Positions 17,016 to 25,520 of a DNA stretch of 25,613 bases are shown piece by piece. This stretch comes from a virus (lineage: Duplodnaviria; Caudoviricetes). Made by a program: the position numbers and the translations under genes. Each line of letters opens with the position of its first letter. Within the stretch, counting starts at the first letter, position 1. The notes beneath the pieces were generated by a model. It saw only the letters and a list, made by a program, of their open reading frames with translations, was not told where the DNA came from and did not search any database. The stretch spans positions 1 to 25,613 of the IMG/VR virus record IMGVR_UViG_3300037188_000028; one strand, given 5' to 3'.

Positions 17016-17813
17016 ATGGCTGCGAGCGATCTAGCATCGTCAGATGCTCGTTTCTATGTTTACGAACATTGGCGACCTGATCTAGATCTTTGTATTTGGG
17101 TCGGAAAAGGAACAGGTGACCGCGCCTCCCGATTTAAGCGCAACGCTGACTATAACCGCATAGCTGCGCAGCTTGGAGAATTTGGTCTGAGCATCTCGGT
17201 TCGCATAATAGCAAACAACCTACGCGAGTTAGACGCGCTGAAACTTGAATGCGAACGGATTGCATTCTGGAGAGCGTCTGCCGTTGCGCTCACCAATAGA
17301 AACGACGGAGGGCGCGGCAACCGCTCAATGTTTGTCTCCGATGAGACGCGCGAGAAGTTAAGGCTGCAAAATCTGGGCAAGAAACATTCTGCTGAAACCC
17401 GCGCAAAAATGAGCCGGTCACAAATGCTATCGGTCCGTAAGGTTAAAGGACGCTCTCCGGGTTTCGTTCATTCTGAAGACACCCGCGCAAAGATGCGTCT
17501 GGCGAAGCAGGGCCAAACACTCAGCAGAGAAGTAAAGGAAAAACTAAGACTCGCAAATCTCGGAAAGAAGGCATCCAGCGATACGCGCGCCAAGATGAGT
17601 GCCTCGCATCGGCGCAATCCGAGCCCTGGCATCGGCGCACGAAAGCCTGGACTGAAGCGGTCTCCGGAAACAAAAAAGAGAATGTCTGATGCGCAGAAAC
17701 TTCGGGCGCCCATGTCAGAAGCCACCAGATCAAAACTAGCTGACGCCGCGAGAGCTGCGCCGAAACATAGAAACTCAAATGGCAAATTCCGGTCCTCCTT
17801 ATCCGCAGATTAA
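17016..17813 (+). CDS. Free-standing GIY-YIG-like homing endonuclease with NUMOD3 repeats
   Basis: AAGGA RBS at 17003-17007; FYVYEH...WVGKG..DR...E..I...LTN..DGG nuclease pattern; about 7 (H)SxETRxKMS repeats; more AT-rich than flanks. Confidence 0.85.
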   Translation: MAASDLASSDARFYVYEHWRPDLDLCIWVGKGTGDRASRFKRNADYNRIAAQLGEFGLSISVRIIANNLRELDALKLECERIAFWRASAVALTNRNDGGRGNRSMFVSDETREKLRLQNLGKKHSAETRAKMSRSQMLSVRKVKGRSPGFVHSEDTRAKMRLAKQGQTLSREVKEKLRLANLGKKASSDTRAKMSASHRRNPSPGIGARKPGLKRSPETKKRMSDAQKLRAPMSEATRSKLADAARAAPKHRNSNGKFRSSLSAD

Positions 17814-18444
17814 TCCTGCTGGATCGAATGGTATCGGTCTTTTTTCCATCGGAATCTCGCCCATCGGCGATATCCCGGCGTGGAATCCGTGGGTCCAGAT
17901 CATCCGCCAGTATGCGAACAGCGATCGCATTGATGAGGTGATCCAGTCGTTCAACGATGCGACGGATCAGACCGAAAATCTGTCGAACCTCTATGACTTC
18001 ATCTGGAACATCGGCACCGCGGTAGGCTACGGCCTGCAAGTTTGGGGCAGAATTGTAGGTGTCACCAACACCTTGAAGCTACCGGCGGGGTCAGTCACCT
18101 ATCTCGGCAACCAGGAAGCCGACAGCTGGACCGGGTTTGGTCAAGGCGGCTTCTATTCCGGCGGCGGCACTTCTAACAATTTCGTCTTGTCAGACCCGGA
18201 TTTCCGAACGCTTATTTTGGCGAAAGCGGCCAGCAATATCACCAGCGGCGCCATTCCCGCCGTCAATCAGATTTTGCTCACTCTGTTTCCGAACCGAGGT
18301 GCCTGCTACGTCGCCGACGGCCTCAACATGCAGCTTACCTACACCTTCAAGTTTGCGCTCAACCCAATCGAAGTCGCCATCATCGAGACTTCGGGCGTGC
18401 TTCCGAGCGGCGCTGGCGTTGTCGTCAACGTTTCCCAATTATAA
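17779..18444 (+). CDS. Baseplate wedge protein (DUF2612, gpI-like)
   Basis: QYANS, IWNI.TAVGYGL.VWGRIVGV, LSD.DFR.LILAKAASNI, LP..AGV motifs. Confidence 0.88.
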   Translation: MANSGPPYPQINPAGSNGIGLFSIGISPIGDIPAWNPWVQIIRQYANSDRIDEVIQSFNDATDQTENLSNLYDFIWNIGTAVGYGLQVWGRIVGVTNTLKLPAGSVTYLGNQEADSWTGFGQGGFYSGGGTSNNFVLSDPDFRTLILAKAASNITSGAIPAVNQILLTLFPNRGACYVADGLNMQLTYTFKFALNPIEVAIIETSGVLPSGAGVVVNVSQL

Positions 18445-18459
18445 GAGGCGGATCATTCC

Positions 18460-19524
18460 ATGCTTCAATCGCAGGTCCCGCCGAAATTCCCTATTCCCTG
18501 GGGCAACAGCGCTGGCTCTGCCTATATCCGATCGATACCATCTTCGTCGCAAATAGGCGTTCAGAACGGCGCGGCGTCGCTGACAGATGGTTTTCCACCC
18601 CTCACCTTCATTGATGAGACGGCGGGTGGCGTTCCGCCGTTCGGCGCCGATTTCAACGGCATTCTGAAGCAGGTTTCGCAGTGGTGCCAATGGCAGTCCG
18701 CCGGCGGACCCGTGTTTTACGACGGCACGTTTTCGGCCAATATCGGCGGCTACCCGAACGGCGCGATGCTGCAGTCCTCTGTTGTTCCCGGGTTCATCTG
18801 GCTGTCGATCGTCGACAGCAACACCACCGATCCGGACACCGGCGGCGCCAACTGGGTGCAGTTGCCGGGACAAATTCAGACCGGAACCCCGGTACAATCC
18901 CTGATCTCGACCGTGCCCTACGGTTATGTCGCAGCGAACGCGCTGACCGTCGGCAATCCGTCGTCGAATGCGACGAACCGCGCCAATTCCGACACGCAAT
19001 TCCTGTTCAATTTCCTGTGGGCGCTGCCGGCCTCAGTGTGCCCCATCTACACCAGTTCTGGCACCGCTTCGACACGAGGCGCGAGTGCCGCCGCTGATTA
19101 TGCCGCCAACAAAGCCATCGCCGTGCCCAACATGAAGGGGCTAGGCCTGATGGGTGTCGACACCATGGGCGGAGCGGCGACAACGTTTCTCAGCGGCGTG
19201 CCGGTCACTTCAGGCAGTGACACCGTGCCGGGATCGATCGTCGGCGAGAACCTGCATAGCCTGCAGAACGCGGAGAACGCGACGCACTCTCATTCGATTA
19301 CGGACGAGCAGCATGACCACTCGGCGGTGATCCCACAAGGTACGCAGGTCAATGCCGGCACGACAGTCTCGATGCTTCAAGGCAGCCAGGTCAATGGGGC
19401 TGGCGTGGACATTACCACCGCCTCGTCGTTCACCGGCATCACCGGCACCAACGCCCAGGGCAGCGGAACCGGACACAACACGGTCGAGCGCAACATGCTC
19501 GTCTACTGGAATCTGAAGCTCTAG
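18460..19524 (+). CDS. Tail fibre protein with collar-like domain
   Basis: GAGG RBS; ASLTDGFPPLT, GGVPP.GADFNGIL, IGGYP.GA N-terminal anchor; collar-like region; HSH/HDH motifs near C-terminus. Confidence 0.82.
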   Translation: MLQSQVPPKFPIPWGNSAGSAYIRSIPSSSQIGVQNGAASLTDGFPPLTFIDETAGGVPPFGADFNGILKQVSQWCQWQSAGGPVFYDGTFSANIGGYPNGAMLQSSVVPGFIWLSIVDSNTTDPDTGGANWVQLPGQIQTGTPVQSLISTVPYGYVAANALTVGNPSSNATNRANSDTQFLFNFLWALPASVCPIYTSSGTASTRGASAAADYAANKAIAVPNMKGLGLMGVDTMGGAATTFLSGVPVTSGSDTVPGSIVGENLHSLQNAENATHSHSITDEQHDHSAVIPQGTQVNAGTTVSMLQGSQVNGAGVDITTASSFTGITGTNAQGSGTGHNTVERNMLVYWNLKL

Positions 19525-19543
19525 CTTCGCACGAGACATCCAA

Positions 19544-22291
19544 ATGAAATTGCCGAAGTTACTCGCAACCGCGTTATTGGCGGCCGCCTTACCGTGTGCC
19601 GCGTTGGCGCAGACGTCTCCCGGCTGGGGCTACAAATTCGTCCCGACCCCGGCGCAGTGGAATGCGGCGTTCGCCGGAAAGCAGGATTATCTCGGCGCGC
19701 CACCACTGCTGACCACCGGTGGCGTCATGACCGGTCCGTTGGTCACGGCACCGTCGACAACTGCGCTTGCGGGGTTCAATCTGCCGCCCGGCACCGCGCC
19801 GACATCGCCGAACAACGGTGATCTCTGGTCGACTGCATCCGGGCTCTTTGCCGAACTGAACGGCGCAACCGTCAATCTGACCGGCGCATCCTCCGCCAGC
19901 TTCGGCAACACCTCTCCCATCACGGTCTCCTTCCCAGGTGGCGTCGTCACCTATGCTTGCGCCACCTGTGCCGTAACCGGAAACCCGCTGTCTCAGTTCG
20001 CGGCGACGACATCGGCGCAGCTCGCGGGCGTCATCAGCAATGAGACCGGAACCGGCTTGTTGGTATTCAACAACGGCGCATCCATGTCGTCGCTGACAGT
20101 GACCACCGCGTTCACGGCGACCGGGCTTGTGACGAACGCGGACCTTGCGAACAGCACGATCTCCGGGGTCGCGTTAGGCGCCAACCTCGCAACTCTGACG
20201 TTCGGGACGCATCTCGCGTCCGGTGGGACGTCCTACAACGGCAGCACCGCCATCACGATCACGCCGGATGCCACCAATCTGAACACGGCGTCAACCATGG
20301 TGGCGCGCGATTCCAGCGGCAATTTCGCGGCGGGGACGATTACGGCGGCGTTGACTGGGCACGCTTCGCTTGATCTGGCACTGAGCAGCCTCGGCACGAA
20401 CGTGCAGACCGCGCTTGGCAATGCACTGAACGGTGCCAATGGCCTGGTCGGATTTTCCGGCAATATCGGCGCCGCGAGCGGCACGTCGCTGGCGCTCGGC
20501 GGGTGCGCGATCGGCAGCAACGCGCTATGCGTTACTGGAACGCTGGCGTTTCCGAACAATTCGCTGACGCTGGCGGAATTTCCGACCATCGGCGCCAACA
20601 CAGTGCTCGGCACCAATGTCGGCGGCACGCCGCTGGCGCTGACGTCGTCGCAGCTGACGACGCTCTGCAACACCTTCTCGGTCTCGCTCAATGGTTGTGT
20701 GCCTAATCCGGGCTCGGCGACCGGCAAAGTGCTGAGCGACAACGGCACATGGATCGCGGTCGGCGGGGCTGGCACGGTGACGTCGGCGCAGGTCTCGGCC
20801 GGCCCGGGAATTATCGTTTCCGGTACCTGTACGATTACGACGTCGGGGAATTGCACGGTCAGCACGAGTACGATTCCTTCGCGAGCCATCGCGATCACAC
20901 AGAATCTGTCGGTGTTCTCTTCCATCCAGACACAGGGCTATGCGGCTGCTGGCGACGGCGGCGGGGCTACCTTCCTCAACGTCGGCTCCGCTAATTTCAT
21001 CGATAGCCAGGTCACGGGATCGACGATCACCGTGGGCTCTGGCTGTACCAATGGCACGTACTACGGTGTGCGCCTGACCGGCGGACACGGCCAGAATCTT
21101 ATTGCTGTGGTCACTGTTGCCAGCGGTGCCGTTAGCGCTGTCAACTACACCTATTCGCCGGGAAACGCGTACAGCGTTACCGACGTGCTGGCGATCCCAA
21201 GCGCGACCATCACCTGCTCGAACGCATCAATCACGGTGACCTCGGTTAGTACGCCGCTCGGAAGCTTTTCGGACAGCGCGGGCAATCACTGGCAGATCGT
21301 CAACAACGGCATCGTCTACGCATCACAGTTCGGCGCGTTTCCCAGCGTGGCGGATGATTTCACCAACCTGCAAGCGGGATTGTTCTTTACCAATTACACG
21401 ACGAACAATTCCATTGGCGGCGGCGGTTACTGGGGCGGTCGGTTTTTTCTATCGAATGGGGCCTATGCGATCTGCGGGTCGAGCGGCGCTCTGTCGCTGG
21501 AGGTGCCGCAGGGCGTCATATTCGAAATGGCCTCCAATCAGGCGGCGTCGATCAATACCTGTTCGGGGTGGAATGCGAGCGTCCCTGTCGTAGTTCTGTG
21601 CGACCCGAATTGGCAGTTCACTTGCTTTGGGGCCATGACGCTGCATTTCTCGGTGTATGTTCCAAGAACAGCGTCGCCGGCCAGTAATGTCCCGGTAATC
21701 TACTCGAACAACACGCAAGACTTCGGCGGCGTCTACGACACCTACATCTACGGCGGACTTCGCCAGTGCCTTGCTTATGAGAAGGGATATGGCGGTGCTT
21801 CGACTTTCACGCTTGATCACCTCTCGTGCAGCACCGACAGCAACTCCGTGCAGGTCAGGATTGGCAGCAGCACGAGTGCCATCAACGTAGGCAGCACTGC
21901 CGTTAGGTTCATCGCGCCGGTCCTAGGTGGCTCATCGAGTGGCGGCACCTATCAAGCTGCCTCCGGCATCATCATCTACGGTGGATATGTTCAGATCGAG
22001 AGCGGTCATGCCGAGCAGATGCCCACTGGCATTGAAGTGAACAACTCAGCCGCGATCGCCAACGGCATGGTTTGGATCAAGAACTTCAATGCGGGATCCA
22101 GTGCTCCCGCTCCAACATGTACCGGCGTGATCCAACTCGACGGCAGCAACACACCAGGCAACACCGTCATCGAAATGACCCCGGCATCGGGAAGCTGCAC
22201 GAACACGATCAGTAATGGACAAAGCGGCGGTACCAGCTTCACGGGGAACGCCGTCAAGCCGATCACTTGTGTCTCGGGAGCGTGCTCATGA
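19544..22291 (+). CDS. Tailspike / receptor-binding protein (putative pectin-lyase-like beta-helix) with N-terminal signal peptide
   Basis: Follows tail fibre; fibre motifs (FAATTSAQLAGVIS.ETG, NTASTMVARDSSGNFAAGTITA); GY..AGDGGGATF, W, QFGA, DD..NLQA beta-helix entry motifs; MKLPK-LLATALLAAALPC-AALA signal. Confidence 0.75.
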   Translation: MKLPKLLATALLAAALPCAALAQTSPGWGYKFVPTPAQWNAAFAGKQDYLGAPPLLTTGGVMTGPLVTAPSTTALAGFNLPPGTAPTSPNNGDLWSTASGLFAELNGATVNLTGASSASFGNTSPITVSFPGGVVTYACATCAVTGNPLSQFAATTSAQLAGVISNETGTGLLVFNNGASMSSLTVTTAFTATGLVTNADLANSTISGVALGANLATLTFGTHLASGGTSYNGSTAITITPDATNLNTASTMVARDSSGNFAAGTITAALTGHASLDLALSSLGTNVQTALGNALNGANGLVGFSGNIGAASGTSLALGGCAIGSNALCVTGTLAFPNNSLTLAEFPTIGANTVLGTNVGGTPLALTSSQLTTLCNTFSVSLNGCVPNPGSATGKVLSDNGTWIAVGGAGTVTSAQVSAGPGIIVSGTCTITTSGNCTVSTSTIPSRAIAITQNLSVFSSIQTQGYAAAGDGGGATFLNVGSANFIDSQVTGSTITVGSGCTNGTYYGVRLTGGHGQNLIAVVTVASGAVSAVNYTYSPGNAYSVTDVLAIPSATITCSNASITVTSVSTPLGSFSDSAGNHWQIVNNGIVYASQFGAFPSVADDFTNLQAGLFFTNYTTNNSIGGGGYWGGRFFLSNGAYAICGSSGALSLEVPQGVIFEMASNQAASINTCSGWNASVPVVVLCDPNWQFTCFGAMTLHFSVYVPRTASPASNVPVIYSNNTQDFGGVYDTYIYGGLRQCLAYEKGYGGASTFTLDHLSCSTDSNSVQVRIGSSTSAINVGSTAVRFIAPVLGGSSSGGTYQAASGIIIYGGYVQIESGHAEQMPTGIEVNNSAAIANGMVWIKNFNAGSSAPAPTCTGVIQLDGSNTPGNTVIEMTPASGSCTNTISNGQSGGTSFTGNAVKPITCVSGACS

Positions 22292-22539
22292 TCTTACTCG
22301 CTACGATTTGGCTTATCCTGATCCAACCTAATCCGGGAGCCAGTGCGCCCGAATTGAAAGGCGAATACGCGCGCGAGTTTTCAGCAGAACAGGTGGATTT
22401 CGCAAATCAGGACGATTGCGAGACCTATGCCAAGATGCATCTCGGCGATCTGCTCACCAGAAAGAAGAAGTCGGGCAAGCCCGTGATTTTTCCGCCTGAC
22501 GCACTGCCGACCTATACCTGCGTCTCGATCGAGCGCTGA
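22288..22539 (+). CDS. Small hypothetical exported protein, 83 aa
   Basis: ATGA overlap with tailspike stop, GGGAG RBS; hydrophobic N-terminus ending ASA; two Cys. Confidence 0.6.
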   Translation: MILLATIWLILIQPNPGASAPELKGEYAREFSAEQVDFANQDDCETYAKMHLGDLLTRKKKSGKPVIFPPDALPTYTCVSIER

Positions 22540-23561
22540 TCGGGGACCAGCTTCCCATACATCTCTGGACCAGCTTCCTGCCGCGCAGCAAGTCTGTTTC
22601 CAAGCCGTATGAATGGCTTCTCGATATAGCGCCAGGTAAGTTGTGAGATCAGGCAACAGGCCAGAATCGAGCCGAAGCGCCATGGTTCACTTAGCCAACC
22701 CGGCAATGCCAACCGAGGGCTCGCGCTCAGCCAGTACGACCAGAAAAACACAAGGTAATGGAGCAGATAGATCGAGTATGAGGCATTGCCCGCAGCGATC
22801 AGCCATCGGAACGGCCGAGACTGCCACGGCGCTTGCATATTGATCATGCCGAAAAGGACGAGCCAGAGGCAAATGGTGGGCGCAAAAGCAAATTCATGGG
22901 ATCGCGTGAACCAGAGCGCGGTCGCGCCAAAAGCAATACTCGAAAGCGAGAGCCATCGCCCGGGTTGCCAGCGGCGGCCGATGATATAGGCGATCACCCC
23001 GCTCAGAAAATCTGCCTGCTGGGTGGATGCCAGGTGGAAACTCCAAGGATTGTCGTAATGCAGTCCGATATAGGCGAGCACCGCGAGCATCCCGGCTAAT
23101 CCAATAGGGCCCGCGACCGGTATCGCGATCGCGGCAAGCGCGTAGAAAATAACTTCGCGCTCAAGGGTCCAACTGAAGTCATAGGTTGGGGGTCCCTGCT
23201 GCGGCAGTAGGGTTGCTGAATAGAGAAAATGCAAGATCGACTGCGGCTCGTATTTCCCGAATGGGATCATGACGGCAACGATCGCCAAGACGCTCCAGTA
23301 CATCGGATATAGCCGAAAAGCCCGCTTGATTACGAAACCTCTCAAGGAAAAGGACTTTTTCTCCACCACGAGGCAGATGACGTAGCCCGAGATGGCGAAA
23401 AAGAAATTGACCCCGAGGAATCCCCAGTCTCGCAAAAGCGGAATCGGGTGGCTTGCCGCTTCCGAGAAACCGCGCTGCGAAATGTAAGAGTGAAAATAGG
23501 CGACGCTCAGCGCAGCCACCGCGCGCGCGACCTGAAGCCCTTCGTTTTTTGAACCATTCAT
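22512..23561 (-). CDS. Membrane acyltransferase family 3 (OafA/ExoZ-like polysaccharide O-acyltransferase), 349 aa
   Basis: GLQVARAVAA..V..FH, GVNFFFAISGYVI, KRAFRLYPMYW, WTLERE.IFY, GNASYSIYLLH, WRYIEKP motifs; multiple TM segments; start ATG 23561. Confidence 0.93.
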   Translation of the reverse strand: MNGSKNEGLQVARAVAALSVAYFHSYISQRGFSEAASHPIPLLRDWGFLGVNFFFAISGYVICLVVEKKSFSLRGFVIKRAFRLYPMYWSVLAIVAVMIPFGKYEPQSILHFLYSATLLPQQGPPTYDFSWTLEREVIFYALAAIAIPVAGPIGLAGMLAVLAYIGLHYDNPWSFHLASTQQADFLSGVIAYIIGRRWQPGRWLSLSSIAFGATALWFTRSHEFAFAPTICLWLVLFGMINMQAPWQSRPFRWLIAAGNASYSIYLLHYLVFFWSYWLSASPRLALPGWLSEPWRFGSILACCLISQLTWRYIEKPFIRLGNRLAARQEAGPEMYGKLVPDQRSIETQV

Positions 23562-23584
23562 TGAGCGCTTGCTACCACGCTCAA
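23561..23584. repeat. Perfect 7-bp inverted repeat at the acyltransferase start
   Basis: TTGAGCG-N10-CGCTCAA in the 60-bp divergent intergenic region. Confidence 0.5.
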
Positions 23585-23621
23585 CCCCACCGCGAACAGC
23601 CCTAAAACCGGAGAAATCCCC

Positions 23622-24335
23622 ATGTCTGATCCAACCGCACCCGCGGGCGCTCCCGCTATGCCCGCGCCTGCCGGCGATGCCGTAATGGACGCCGCGTCCA
23701 TTGCCCAGGTCACGGCGGCCGGGTTGCCGATCTCCTTGGCCTCGATCGAGGAAATCATCCGCGAGGAGGATTCCAGCGAGGGCTATTTCAAGGCGCATTA
23801 CCAGCGCCCGGAATGGCCGGGCGGCGCCTCCGGTGTGACCATCCTGCTGGGCTACGATCTCGGCTACGCCACGCATGCCAAGGTCGACGCCGATCTGAAG
23901 GGCAAGATCCCGGATGCGATGCTGGCGGCGTGCCAAGCCTGCGTCGGCATTCGCGGCACCGCGGCGCATGACGCCATGCTGCGGGTGCGGTCTGAGATCG
24001 ACCTGCCGTGGTCGGTTGCGCTGGACGTGTTCCTGCATGACGATATGCCGCAATGGATCGCCACGGTCCGTAAGCTGCTGCCCAACACCGAATTGCTGAA
24101 GCCGGACTGCCTCGGGGCCTTGGTCTCGCTGGCCTACAATCGCGGCGCATCGTTCGATGCCGGTGGTGACCGGTTCCGCGAAATGCGGGCGATCAAGGCC
24201 GACATGGCGGCCAAAAACTTCAGCGACATCCCGAACCAGTTCAAGAGCATGGCGCGGCTCTGGCCGCCGTCGAATGGTGTCCACGGCCGGCGCTTCCGCG
24301 AGGCGGCGCTGTTCGAGCGGGGACTGGCGGCATAA
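23622..24335 (+). CDS. Endolysin, lysozyme-like fold (GH24/pesticin-related)
   Basis: GGAG RBS; IIREE catalytic Glu region, WPGGASGVTI..GYDLG, ALVSLAYNRG, RR..EA.LF motifs. Confidence 0.88.
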   Translation: MSDPTAPAGAPAMPAPAGDAVMDAASIAQVTAAGLPISLASIEEIIREEDSSEGYFKAHYQRPEWPGGASGVTILLGYDLGYATHAKVDADLKGKIPDAMLAACQACVGIRGTAAHDAMLRVRSEIDLPWSVALDVFLHDDMPQWIATVRKLLPNTELLKPDCLGALVSLAYNRGASFDAGGDRFREMRAIKADMAAKNFSDIPNQFKSMARLWPPSNGVHGRRFREAALFERGLAA

Positions 24336-24550
24336 TGACCGCCCGCACGCTGCAGCATGAACTTTCTCCGTTCATCGGCAAGCAGCTGATCGACAGTGCC
24401 GACGCGATCGAGGCCATCGCGGCCAAGCACGGCTTTTCCGTCAACGTCATCGACCCGGAATTCAACACCGGATCGATCGACAACGAACGCGACCGCCTCA
24501 ACGTGCGGACAGGCGCGGATTCCATCATAACCTCGTTCACGATCGGATAG
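24335..24550 (+). CDS. Putative protease inhibitor (I78 / potato inhibitor I-like), 71 aa
   Basis: TAATG coupling to endolysin; FIGK...V.VIDP.....ID...DRLNV......I.....IG pattern. Confidence 0.65.
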   Translation: MTARTLQHELSPFIGKQLIDSADAIEAIAAKHGFSVNVIDPEFNTGSIDNERDRLNVRTGADSIITSFTIG

Positions 24551-24553
24551 GCC

Positions 24554-24826
24554 ATGAACCCGTTTTCTGAATTTCTGCTTAGAGCAGCCAACGTTCCCGA
24601 CCAGGACATTACCGACCTTGAAAAGGCACAGCCCGAACTGGCGCGGCTGTTCAAGGCCGCCAAGCAACTTGAGCCTGCCATTCGCAAGGCCACGCCGCTG
24701 ATCGAGCAACTGTGGCCTGTCCTTGTCGAGGGTGCCCCGATCGTCAAGGCCGCCTATCCGGATTTCGTGGCGGCGCTGGGCACGATGCAGGAATGGCTCG
24801 CCTTCGCCACCAGCCGGGACGGCTAG
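24554..24826 (+). CDS. Hypothetical helical protein, 90 aa
   Basis: Tightly packed ORF in lysis region; amphipathic helical pattern. Confidence 0.65.
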   Translation: MNPFSEFLLRAANVPDQDITDLEKAQPELARLFKAAKQLEPAIRKATPLIEQLWPVLVEGAPIVKAAYPDFVAALGTMQEWLAFATSRDG

Positions 24827-24840
24827 CGGCCATTCTGCAA

Positions 24841-25506
24841 ATGATCCCGACCGATGCGCTGATCGCCAGCTATTGCAACGCGATCTATTCGCCGACGGCT
24901 GTGATCGGCGATTGGGACCGCTTCGACGCCGGCCTTGATGACGGGGTCTGCCTCGCGGTGAAAAAACTGCCGGGCTTCGATCTCGTCGTGTTCCGCGGAT
25001 CGATTACGGCACAGGACTGGATTGCCGATTTCAACGCGCTGCCAATCCCCTCGCGCATCGGCCACGTTCACGCCGGGTTCTTTGCCGGCATGGAGCAGGC
25101 CTGGGCCGAGCTGCGGCCGCTGCTGATGCAGCCGGTCATCGTATCAGGCCATTCGCTGGGCGCTGCGCGCGCGGCGGTGCTGTGCGCGCTGATGGTCAAG
25201 GACGGTGCGGCGCCGGCGGCCCGCGTGGTGTTCGGCGAACCGAAGCCGGGGCTGATCGATCTTGCCACGCTGATCAAGGACGTCCCGGCGCGCAGCTATC
25301 GCAACGGCGACACGCTGCACCATGACCTCGTTACCGACGTGCCGTTCAGCCTGCCGCCGTTCGAATATGTGCACCCGACACCGATTGTGCCGGTGTGCGC
25401 CGAACCGACAGGCGATCTGTTCCAGCGCTACGGCGCCTTCGCCTACCACCACATGCCGCTTTACCAGGCCGCGCTTGCGGCTCTCCCAGCTCCCATTTCC
25501 GTTTAA
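24841..25506 (+). CDS. Class 3 lipase (alpha/beta hydrolase), 221 aa
   Basis: VVFRGS...DW..D, VHAGF, GHSLG nucleophile elbow, FGEPKPG, DLVTDVP, C-terminal HH; ATG 24841 avoids overlap. Confidence 0.88.
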   Translation: MIPTDALIASYCNAIYSPTAVIGDWDRFDAGLDDGVCLAVKKLPGFDLVVFRGSITAQDWIADFNALPIPSRIGHVHAGFFAGMEQAWAELRPLLMQPVIVSGHSLGAARAAVLCALMVKDGAAPAARVVFGEPKPGLIDLATLIKDVPARSYRNGDTLHHDLVTDVPFSLPPFEYVHPTPIVPVCAEPTGDLFQRYGAFAYHHMPLYQAALAALPAPISV

Positions 25507-25520
25507 CAAGGAGAACTATC

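Noticed and set aside
16924-17813. Group I intron or intein hosting the endonuclease
   Set aside because: Baseplate J ends with its own stop, DUF2612 appears complete, and the ~90-nt leader is too short for a ribozyme core
7565-19524. Headless contractile system (tailocin/eCIS/T6SS) with the lipase as effector
   Set aside because: Capsid, adaptor and head-closure genes are in the same operon, so this is a phage
19544-19609. Lipoprotein signal in the tailspike (Cys18)
   Set aside because: AALPC is a poor lipobox (Pro at -1); ALA|Q fits SPase I better
23562-24284. 241-aa N-terminal extension of the acyltransferase in the ORF track (22512..24284)
   Set aside because: It is the antisense shadow of the endolysin; AT3 motifs begin right after ATG 23561
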